Source: Candidatus Woesearchaeota archaeon (GTDB lineage Archaea > Nanobdellota > Nanobdellia > Pacearchaeales > GW2011-AR1). Taken from it: a stretch of DNA of 9,912 nt. Positions 1 through 5,643 of this stretch are shown here, in pieces. The notes under the pieces were generated by a model. It made no database searches. It was not told where the DNA came from and saw only the letters and a list, made by a program, of their open reading frames with translations. Location of the stretch: positions 3,100 to 13,011 of the forward strand of contig CAZAGO010000019.1 in NCBI GenBank assembly GCA_964485045.1. Direction: 5' to 3'. The position numbers were made by a program, and so were the translations under genes. The stretch's first letter is position 1. Every line of letters starts with the position of its first letter.

Positions 1-147
1 GCTGAAAATTTCAGTGGATTCAGCTATGCAGAACAACTTATTTCCAAGTCACATTCACTTCATCTGCTCTTCCAGAGCTGAAAATTTCAGTGGATTCAGC
101 TATGCAGAACAACTTATTTCCAAGTCACATTTACTTCATCTGTTCTT
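1..147. repeat. Imperfect tandem direct duplication, period 76 nt (copy A 1-71, copy B 77-147). It spans the last ~11 codons and stop of kae1 plus the 37 nt downstream of the stop.
   Basis: Base-by-base alignment at offset 76 gives identity over 71 nt except C/T at 56/132 and 67/143. Similarity ends after 71/147. Copy A read on the minus strand gives ...RADEVNVTWK* (stop 38-40). Copy B gives the real kae1 end ...RTDEVNVTWK* (stop 114-116). Confidence 0.9.
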
Positions 148-1103
148 TGTCTTGGTAGTATATCTAATTCTTGTGCCTCTTTATTAGAATAGTTTATTCC
201 TGAATTAAATTCTATCTCTCCTAAAAAGGCAATCATTGCAGCATTATCTACAAGCAAAGAATTTGGAGGAACAAATAATTTAGCTCCTCGTTCTTCACAC
301 ATAATTCTGCACATCTCTTGAAGACGGGTATTGCAAGCAACACCTCCCCCAAGAAGAAGTTCATTTTTTCCCGTATGCGCAAGCGCTCTTTCCGCAGTTT
401 CAACAAGCATTGCAAAAACAGTCTCTTGAGTAGAATAAGCCAAATCTTTTAAATTATATTTTTTAGAATCAATCTTTTGTTTAAGATTAGTTAAAATTCC
501 TGAAAGAGCTATATCCATACCCTTTACTTTATATGGAAGTTCTATGTAAGTTTTTCCTTCACTGGCAAGTTTCTGTATAATTGGTCCTCCAGGAAAACCA
601 ATTTCAGCATATCTCGCAAAAGTATCAATAAAATTTCCAACTCCTAAATCGAGAGTTTCACCAAAGATACGATACTTTCCAGAGGCGTATGCAATTATTT
701 GAGTATTCGCACCAGAAGTATAAAGCATTACTGGCTCTTTCGCACCGGTAATCTTTCCTATTTCAAGATGAGCAATACAGTGGTTAACAGGAACTAGAGG
801 TTTATTCAGTTTTAAATTTAATTTTTTAGCAAACCTAATTCCTTGCAATAAACACGGAGCTAGCCCCGGTCCCTGAGAAAAAGCAATTGCATCAATTTGT
901 CCTTCATCTATATTTGCTTCTCTTAAGGATTCCAAATATATTCTTTCACAATTATCTGCATGATGTTTAGCAGCATCGATAGGAATTATTCCTCCTCTCT
1001 CTGTAGTGTAAGATTTTTTAACATTAGATAAAACTTTTTCATTTTCAACAATTCCAATACCAAAAGTATGAGCTGTACTTTCAATTCCTAAGACTATTAC
1101 CAT
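114..1103 (-). CDS. kae1: tRNA N6-adenosine threonylcarbamoyltransferase Kae1 (KEOPS catalytic subunit), stand-alone and not fused to Bud32
   Basis: 329-aa ORF. The N-terminus MVIVLGIESTAHTFGIGIV matches the archaeal/eukaryotic Kae1 signature (bacterial TsaD has a different motif). The metal-binding HCIAH motif is present, as are ASKHA-fold Gly-rich motifs (GGGVACN). The length is typical. Confidence 0.93.
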   Translation of the reverse strand: MVIVLGIESTAHTFGIGIVENEKVLSNVKKSYTTERGGIIPIDAAKHHADNCERIYLESLREANIDEGQIDAIAFSQGPGLAPCLLQGIRFAKKLNLKLNKPLVPVNHCIAHLEIGKITGAKEPVMLYTSGANTQIIAYASGKYRIFGETLDLGVGNFIDTFARYAEIGFPGGPIIQKLASEGKTYIELPYKVKGMDIALSGILTNLKQKIDSKKYNLKDLAYSTQETVFAMLVETAERALAHTGKNELLLGGGVACNTRLQEMCRIMCEERGAKLFVPPNSLLVDNAAMIAFLGEIEFNSGINYSNKEAQELDILPRQRTDEVNVTWK

Positions 1104-1123
1104 TAATTTATTCTACCCCTATA

Positions 1124-1131
1124 TTTATAAA
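1124..1131. promoter_or_regulatory. Shared TATA-box candidate (TTTATAAA) in a 51-nt divergent spacer between kae1 and the nucleotidyltransferase gene
   Basis: The octamer centre is 24.5 nt from the kae1 ATG (1103) and 27.5 nt from the ATG at 1155. Archaeal TATA boxes sit about 26 nt upstream of the TSS, which implies leaderless transcripts in both directions. Confidence 0.45.
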
Positions 1132-1154
1132 ATATTATGCTTTATAAAAAAATT

Positions 1155-1961
1155 ATGAAAATCTCTCTAGTTTGTCTTGCAGCAGGAATGTCTAAAAGAT
1201 TTGGAGGAGAATTAAAACAAATGGCTAGAGTTGGCCCAAACAATGAAACACTTATAGAGTGTATAATAAATCAAGCCATACCTTCAGGATTTAGTAAAAT
1301 TATTCTAGTTGTAAGAGAAGAAACAAAAGAAAAATTTAAAGAAATTTTCAAGGATAACTATAAGGGAATTCCAGTTTATTATGCATTACAAAGTTTCGAT
1401 AAAGAAAAAAGAGATAAACCTTGGGGAACGGGAGATGCTTTATGCTCTGCAAAAGAGTTTATTCAAGAACCATTTGTAATTTGTTCTGGCGACGATCTAT
1501 CTGGAGAAAAAGCTTTTGAAATACTCGCCAATCACTTAAAAAACGAAGATGAAGAAGCAACTGTAGCAAAAAAGCTTATTGAAATGCTTCCAAAACAAGG
1601 ACAAGTAAATAGAGGTATATTTTATACAGATAAAAAGAATAGAGTAATTGATTGTAAAGAAATACTTGGAATAAGTCTTGAAAATTTTACTGAAAAAAAA
1701 TTAAAAGAAAATTATTTAGTAAGTATAAGCATATTTGCTCTACACTCAAAAACTCTTGATTTTATTGATGAAAGATTAAAAGAGTTCAAAGAAAAAAATA
1801 AAGATAATAAAGAGATAGAGTTCTATTTAAATTTAGAAATTGCAAAACTAATAAAGGAAGGTAAAATAAAGATGAAATGTTATACTACCGAAGAAGAATG
1901 GATTGGAATCACAAACAAAGAAGATGAAAAAATAATCAAAGAAAAATTAAAATATAAATAA
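1155..1961 (+). CDS. Sugar-phosphate nucleotidyltransferase-like protein (GT-A/NTP_transferase fold). The longest ORF starts at 1137, but 1155 (MKISLVCLAAG...) is preferred.
   Basis: The N-terminal LAAGMSKRFGGELKQ motif is the nucleotide-binding G-x-G-x-R-x-GG-x-K loop of this family. Further support comes from KPWGTGDAL, the acidic CSGDD motif and EEWIGITNKED near the C-terminus. Start 1155 places the motif at the usual distance from Met and fits the TATA spacing. Confidence 0.8.
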   Translation: MKISLVCLAAGMSKRFGGELKQMARVGPNNETLIECIINQAIPSGFSKIILVVREETKEKFKEIFKDNYKGIPVYYALQSFDKEKRDKPWGTGDALCSAKEFIQEPFVICSGDDLSGEKAFEILANHLKNEDEEATVAKKLIEMLPKQGQVNRGIFYTDKKNRVIDCKEILGISLENFTEKKLKENYLVSISIFALHSKTLDFIDERLKEFKEKNKDNKEIEFYLNLEIAKLIKEGKIKMKCYTTEEEWIGITNKEDEKIIKEKLKYK

Positions 1962-1980
1962 AAATAAAAAAATAAAAAAA
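1962..1980 (-). terminator. Oligo-T terminator candidate for the 49-aa ORF (minus-strand T7-A-T7-A-T3)
   Basis: The plus strand reads AAATAAAAAAATAAAAAAA and begins 6 nt past the minus-strand stop at 1987. Archaeal RNAP terminates at oligo-T tracts. The site lies in the gap between convergent genes. Confidence 0.45.
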
Positions 1981-1986
1981 GTCAGC

Positions 1987-2136
1987 TTACTTCTTTTTCT
2001 TAACAGCCTTCTTTTTTGCTTTTTTCTTTTTTCCGCCTCTAGCCATTTTAGCCTCGCAGACATTTCCCTTACCATCAACATAGTAGAGATATCCTGGCTT
2101 TCTTTTGACCACATTCTTAGCGATTACAGATCCCAT
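1987..2136 (-). CDS. Small basic protein, 49 aa, absent from the supplied ORF track: MGSVIAKNVVKRKPGYLYYVDGKGNVCEAKMARGGKKKKAKKKAVKKKK*
   Basis: Hand translation of the minus strand gives ATG at 2136-2134 and TAA at 1989-1987. GGAGGTG sits 4 nt upstream of the ATG and an oligo-T tract lies just downstream. The ORF fills an otherwise empty 297-nt gap. The 'PGYLYYVDxxGNV' core followed by a Lys tail resembles small conserved proteins I recall from archaea and CPR, though I cannot name a family. Confidence 0.65.
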   Translation of the reverse strand: MGSVIAKNVVKRKPGYLYYVDGKGNVCEAKMARGGKKKKAKKKAVKKKK

Positions 2137-2140
2137 TTTC

Positions 2141-2147
2141 CACCTCC
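2141..2147 (-). promoter_or_regulatory. Shine-Dalgarno site GGAGGTG for the 49-aa ORF
   Basis: The minus strand reads AAAGGAGGTGGAAAATG. It is the only near-perfect anti-16S match at correct spacing that I found in this window. Confidence 0.6.
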
Positions 2148-2218
2148 TTTTTCATCAATAACATGCAAAAACTTTCCCCTATTCAAAAGTCTTTACTAAA
2201 TACCAACGTGAAAACGCT

Positions 2219-2226
2219 ATTTAAAT
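2219..2226 (-). promoter_or_regulatory. Possible TATA box (ATTTAAAT) giving a ~60-nt leader for the 49-aa ORF
   Basis: This palindromic A/T octamer is centred 86.5 nt upstream of the ATG at 2136. It is the only TATA-like element in the 2137-2258 spacer. The alternative is read-through from the DUF192-like gene. Confidence 0.3.
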
Positions 2227-2258
2227 TTTGCGGAAAAAGAAGATTCTCGTCGAAAATA

Positions 2259-2603
2259 CTACTTAAGAGATTTCACCACTTTAGAATGTTTTTTTGTTAA
2301 AGGAATTTCAATTAAATTAAAAAAACCTTGTTTTGGAGGAGAAACATGAAAAGTAAATGGTTCCACTTTTTTTAAAAACAAAATTTTATTTTTATCGTCG
2401 GTCCAGATAGCAATAAAAGGAAAAAAAACAAATAAAGAGTGTATTGAAAAATAAGTCTTCTTCTTAGATAAGAAAAATAAAATTTTAGCATTTTTCTCTT
2501 TTGAAAACATCAAACCAACTACTTTTTCAAAAAAATTGCATTCAAAACCCTTCAAAAATATCTTTTTCTTTCTTTTAATTAAACCAACTCTTATTTTTTT
2601 CAT
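2259..2603 (-). CDS. DUF192 (COG1430)-like small protein
   Basis: 114-aa ORF. The GLMF...ILFF...(hydrophobic)...IAIWTDDKNKIL...NLIEIP pattern resembles the DUF192 consensus (GLM-x-r ... gmlF ... M-x-n-t-x-x-P-L-D-i-x-f-x-d-x-x-g-x-I ... vlE). A GGAGAGG lies 10 nt upstream of the ATG. The ORF overlaps the upstream gene by 29 nt. Confidence 0.55.
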   Translation of the reverse strand: MKKIRVGLIKRKKKIFLKGFECNFFEKVVGLMFSKEKNAKILFFLSKKKTYFSIHSLFVFFPFIAIWTDDKNKILFLKKVEPFTFHVSPPKQGFFNLIEIPLTKKHSKVVKSLK

Positions 2604-2973
2604 CTTTACATGTCCTCTCCAAGTACAAAGAGTATAATTTCTTTATATTTTTTTCATTCACAAAATCATGGTGTTTAAATCCTCCACCAAATCCCTGAGG
2701 AATATGCATTAACTCGTGTATTATTACTTTTGTTTTATCTTCATCACTAAGATTATCAAATCTTTCTGATAAGAATTCTAAAACATAAAATGCTTTTACT
2801 CCAAGAGCTTTTTGAAGAAGTTTTTCCAAAGAATGACATCTTGCAATCGTTCTCCTAGAAGAAGTTCCATAACTTCTAAAACATTTTATTCTAGTTAAAT
2901 CTATATGAGGAAAAAGAATCTTTGAAATTTCTTCTGCTTTTAACTGTAAATCTTCAGCAAATTCATATCTCAT
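2575..2973 (-). CDS. Predicted zinc metallopeptidase (HExxH; archaeal COG4900-like). The longest ORF extends to 3033, but Met21 (2973) is preferred.
   Basis: HELMH is followed by IPQGFGGGFKHHD, and ARCHSL is followed by AFYVLEF. This matches my recollection of the COG4900 'predicted metallopeptidase' family, whose members begin about M-x-Y-E-x-A-x-D, the same as MRYEFAEDL here. Start 2973 removes a 5'-5' overlap with the divergent MBL gene and is equidistant from the shared TATA. Confidence 0.75.
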   Translation of the reverse strand: MRYEFAEDLQLKAEEISKILFPHIDLTRIKCFRSYGTSSRRTIARCHSLEKLLQKALGVKAFYVLEFLSERFDNLSDEDKTKVIIHELMHIPQGFGGGFKHHDFVNEKNIKKLYSLYLERTCKDEKNKSWFN

Positions 2974-2994
2974 TAAAGAAATAAAACAAAAACC

Positions 2995-3002
2995 TTTATA
3001 TT
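2995..3002. promoter_or_regulatory. Shared TATA-box candidate (TTTATATT) in a 50-nt divergent spacer between the metallopeptidase and MBL genes
   Basis: The octamer centre (2998.5) is exactly 25.5 nt from the ATG at 2973 (minus) and 25.5 nt from the ATG at 3024 (plus). Confidence 0.5.
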
Positions 3003-3023
3003 CTTTTAGAATTAAACTTCTTA

Positions 3024-3545
3024 ATGATTTCAAAAATAAAAGAAAACGTATGGAGATTCAAATTTGATAAATTTGGCTCTTATGTATATTTAATAAAAAT
3101 AAAAGAAAAAAACATTCTGATAGATACCGGTTCTTTTTTTAACAGAAACCAACTAATCGAAGACCTAAAAAAATTAAATATTTCTTCAGAACAAATAGAA
3201 ACTATTATTTTAACTCATCATCATTTTGACCATACTCAAAATAAAAGCTTATTCAAAAATGCAAAAATATTTGGAAGCAAAAAAGATTTTCCACAAGAAG
3301 AAGTAAAAGATATAAAAAAAATGAATATTAAAGAGTTCAAATTAATTGAAACTCCAGGGCATTCTAAAGGAAGTATATGTATTTTATATAAAGATATTCT
3401 TTTTTCAGGAGATACTCTTTTCCATAGAAACACCATAGGAAGAACAGACTTACCTGGAAGCTCTGAAAAAGAGATGCAAGAGTCTTTAAAAAAACTTAGT
3501 GAAATAAAATTTAAAATTCTCTGCCCAGGACACGGGTGTGAATAA
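3024..3545 (+). CDS. MBL-fold metallo-hydrolase (short, glyoxalase II/hydroxyacylglutathione hydrolase-like)
   Basis: 173-aa ORF with the canonical motifs in order: THHHFDH (HxHxDH), TPGHSKGS (His), GDTLF (Asp) and CPGHG (His). Confidence 0.9.
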   Translation: MISKIKENVWRFKFDKFGSYVYLIKIKEKNILIDTGSFFNRNQLIEDLKKLNISSEQIETIILTHHHFDHTQNKSLFKNAKIFGSKKDFPQEEVKDIKKMNIKEFKLIETPGHSKGSICILYKDILFSGDTLFHRNTIGRTDLPGSSEKEMQESLKKLSEIKFKILCPGHGCE

Positions 3546-3547
3546 AT

Positions 3548-3757
3548 CTAATTAGAAACTTCTATAATCTTCTTTCTAGAACTTAATCCGGATTTAATCT
3601 TAACTTCTGCACCAAAATATTTTTTTAAAAATTTAATAAGCTCTATATTCGCTTTTCCATTCTCTGGAGCAGACTTTAATCTAACAATATATTCTTCTCC
3701 TACTTTTTGAATATCTTGCTCGCAAGAATTTGGTTTTACTTTTACTCTAATTATCAT
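3548..3757 (-). CDS. DUF167 / YggU-family (UPF0235) protein
   Basis: 69 aa. It matches the family pattern VKVKPNS...V(R)LKSAPENGKAN.ELIKFL...V.I.SG..SR.K.I.V. It overlaps the upstream YkgJ-like gene by 11 nt. Confidence 0.85.
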   Translation of the reverse strand: MIIRVKVKPNSCEQDIQKVGEEYIVRLKSAPENGKANIELIKFLKKYFGAEVKIKSGLSSRKKIIEVSN

Positions 3758-4121
3758 CTGTAGGAATAAAGTGTTTCCCCTTATTATAAACTTCTTCTAT
3801 ATATCTTTCAATATCTTTTAAACTTTTAAAAGTAAATTCTTCTTCGTAATCTTCTTGAAAAACACATTCCTTATGAGAATATTCTCGGCATATTTTAGGC
3901 CTACACTCATAATTAGTACATTTATTATTTTTATCTAAAAATTCACAAGGGGTCAAAAATTCTAAATACCACTTCTTATCTTCATCAATAAAAACGCTTA
4001 CATTTTTATGACTAACAAACCATTTTATATCTTCAAAATCTTCTACTTCTTCTGGAGTATCAATCTCAACGGCAACATGCTTACAACATTTTGCATCACA
4101 ATCGCCACAACTTTTTTCCAT
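3747..4121 (-). CDS. YkgJ-family Cys-cluster protein (UPF0153, putative Zn/Fe-chelating domain)
   Basis: 124 aa. An N-terminal CGDCDAKCC (CxxCxxxCC) is followed by C-x-F-L...NKCTNYECRPKICREY, matching the family's second cysteine motif (C-x-I-Y-x-x-R-P-x-x-C-R-x-Y/F). Confidence 0.8.
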   Translation of the reverse strand: MEKSCGDCDAKCCKHVAVEIDTPEEVEDFEDIKWFVSHKNVSVFIDEDKKWYLEFLTPCEFLDKNNKCTNYECRPKICREYSHKECVFQEDYEEEFTFKSLKDIERYIEEVYNKGKHFIPTDDN

Positions 4122-4141
4122 TAGAATAATAAAAAAATAAG

Positions 4142-4149
4142 TTTAAAAA
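4142..4149 (-). promoter_or_regulatory. TATA-box candidate for the YkgJ-like/DUF167 operon
   Basis: The TTTAAAAA tract is centred 24.5 nt upstream of the ATG at 4121. Confidence 0.35.
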
Positions 4150-4362
4150 CTATTGTAAAACAACCGCATTTCTTAAAGAATATCCTTTTGCACTCGTAGG
4201 CTCATAAACTAGTTTAATTTTTTTATCCCCTAATTCTCTTATTAAATCATAATATCCTCGAAATTGCCCTCCTAAAATAGGTTTTGCTCCCTCTGGGAGA
4301 CCGTTTTCTAAAAAACGTAAACCTTTTTCTACTTCTTGTATAGGGATAGTTTCAAGATTCAT
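4150..4362 (-). CDS. Hypothetical 70-aa protein with no recognisable family
   Basis: The ORF neatly fills the gap between ychF and the YkgJ-like gene on the same strand. Its composition is not low-complexity, and a TATA-like octamer lies 25.5 nt upstream. I recognise no motif. Confidence 0.4.
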   Translation of the reverse strand: MNLETIPIQEVEKGLRFLENGLPEGAKPILGGQFRGYYDLIRELGDKKIKLVYEPTSAKGYSLRNAVVLQ

Positions 4363-4383
4363 AATATAATATTACAAGAAGAA

Positions 4384-4391
4384 TTTAAAAA
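4384..4391 (-). promoter_or_regulatory. TATA-box candidate for the 70-aa ORF
   Basis: TTTAAAAA is centred 25.5 nt upstream of the ATG at 4362. Confidence 0.35.
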
Positions 4392-4405
4392 GATTATTGT
4401 GATTT

Positions 4406-5590
4406 TTATCTAGTAACAATCTCTAGAGCGTCTCTATGCTTCAACTCATACGCTTTTCCCAAAGCTCTCTTGCTTCGCGCGTCAATTGCTTTTATAAAAT
4501 TATTTCCGAAATCTGTATGAAGAGCATACGCAAAATCTAAAGCCGTGCTCCTTGGAGGAAGCAAAAAACAATCTGGCAAGATTCTTCCTTTGCTATCTAC
4601 CAGTTTATTTGCAGAAGCGGGAAAAATTGCAATATATCCAAGAATATTAAAAACAGCTGTATTAAGAACTGCTTGAACCCCTGTTCCCTCTTCAAACTCT
4701 TCAAGAACATCTTTTTTTATTCTGCCTAGTGCTTCTTTCTGCTTTTCATTCAAATTGCCTATAATTTCAAAAGTTTTTTCTCCAGGAATATATTTTATTA
4801 GATTTGCTTTTGTAGCCTCGCGAAGCGCAAGTTCTGAATCTGCAGAACAAGGAATAATTTTATAATCCAAATATTTTTCTTTTAGAAGCTTATAATTCTC
4901 TTTTCCATTTTCCATATCAATTTTATTTGCAGCAATTATCATGGGCTTGCTTTCTTTTCTAAGCTCAGAAGCGAATTTTATTAAATGAGATTCTTTCCAA
5001 GAACTAGGTTTTTCTGAAAAGTTAAGTTTTAATAATACTCTTTTAACATGCTCTTCATTTACTTTTAATCCCGAAAATTGCTTCGCAACAGCTTCACTAA
5101 AATTTAAACCCTCTATTTCTGCTTTTCTTGCAAAACTACTCCAAACTTTCATTAAAAGATTGAGATACCATTTATTCAATTCTTCTTCTAGAACAAGAAC
5201 ATCATTGCATGGATTATACCCTTTTGTTATTTTTCCTTCGGCATCAGTTGTTCCAGAAACATCTACTATTTGAATAAAAACATCTGCTTGCCTTAAATCA
5301 TCCAAAAATTTATTTCCAAGCCCTTTCCCTTCAGAAGCTCCAGAAACTAATCCTGCAACATCCATCAAATCAATAGGAACAAACCTATTATGATTAATAC
5401 AGAATCCATGAGCAGGCATACATTGAGTATTAAACTCTTTATCAATACAATCTATTTTAACATACCCTATACCTTGATTTGCTTTTATAGTTGTAAAAGG
5501 ATAAGAAGCAATTTCAACTTCTGCAAGAGTTGCCGCTTTAAAGAAAGTACTTTTTCCAACAGAGGGTTTTCCAACGAGTCCAATGAGCAT
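4406..5590 (-). CDS. ychF: Obg-family P-loop GTPase/ATPase, archaeal YchF-like (P. horikoshii PH0525 type) with a C-terminal TGS domain
   Basis: 394 aa. It has G1 GKPSVGKST, G2 YPFTT, G3 DVAGLV followed by GASEGKGLGNKFLDDLR, and G4 ANKID. The C-terminus (ALDFAYALHTDFGNNFIKAIDARSKRALGKAYELKHRDALEIV) is TGS-like. It is collinear with archaeal YchF-like proteins as I remember them. Confidence 0.93.
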   Translation of the reverse strand: MLIGLVGKPSVGKSTFFKAATLAEVEIASYPFTTIKANQGIGYVKIDCIDKEFNTQCMPAHGFCINHNRFVPIDLMDVAGLVSGASEGKGLGNKFLDDLRQADVFIQIVDVSGTTDAEGKITKGYNPCNDVLVLEEELNKWYLNLLMKVWSSFARKAEIEGLNFSEAVAKQFSGLKVNEEHVKRVLLKLNFSEKPSSWKESHLIKFASELRKESKPMIIAANKIDMENGKENYKLLKEKYLDYKIIPCSADSELALREATKANLIKYIPGEKTFEIIGNLNEKQKEALGRIKKDVLEEFEEGTGVQAVLNTAVFNILGYIAIFPASANKLVDSKGRILPDCFLLPPRSTALDFAYALHTDFGNNFIKAIDARSKRALGKAYELKHRDALEIVTR

Positions 5591-5613
5591 TAGAATATCT
5601 GCAAATAGGAATA

Positions 5614-5621
5614 TTTAAAAT
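5614..5621 (-). promoter_or_regulatory. TATA-box candidate for ychF
   Basis: TTTAAAAT is centred 27.5 nt upstream of the ATG at 5590. Confidence 0.4.
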
Positions 5622-5643
5622 TATTCATAAGAGGTGATTAGAA

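Noticed and set aside
1-147. Could the 76-nt repeat be a CRISPR array or a minisatellite?
   Set aside because: Only two copies are visible and they are directly adjacent with no unique spacer. One copy is the coding 3' end of kae1. No cas genes are present. This is not CRISPR-like.
2137-2258. Possible ncRNA (C/D-box sRNA, riboswitch or tRNA) in the 122-nt spacer upstream of the 49-aa ORF
   Set aside because: The minus strand contains a UGAUGA-like string, but it is preceded by U rather than a purine and has no properly spaced CUGA D box. I could find no GC-rich stems or cloverleaf. The region is better explained as a promoter plus 5' leader with an SD.
2974-3033. Longest-ORF starts (3033 for the metallopeptidase; likewise 1137-1154 for the nucleotidyltransferase)
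   Set aside because: Start 3033 creates a head-to-head overlap with the MBL gene and adds 20 non-family residues. Start 1137 lies about 10 nt from the only TATA candidate. The internal Mets fit both the family N-termini and the promoter geometry. I keep the longer starts as alternatives, not as exclusions.
3236-3436. 66-aa minus-strand ORF from the ORF track
   Set aside because: It lies entirely antisense within the MBL-fold hydrolase gene, whose motifs are unambiguous. The translation is hydrophobic and low-complexity, typical of antisense AT-rich coding DNA. It has no start context.
5390-5593. 67-aa plus-strand ORF from the ORF track
   Set aside because: It is antisense to the highly conserved N-terminal G-domain of ychF and has no recognisable motif. 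It is most likely a chance ORF.
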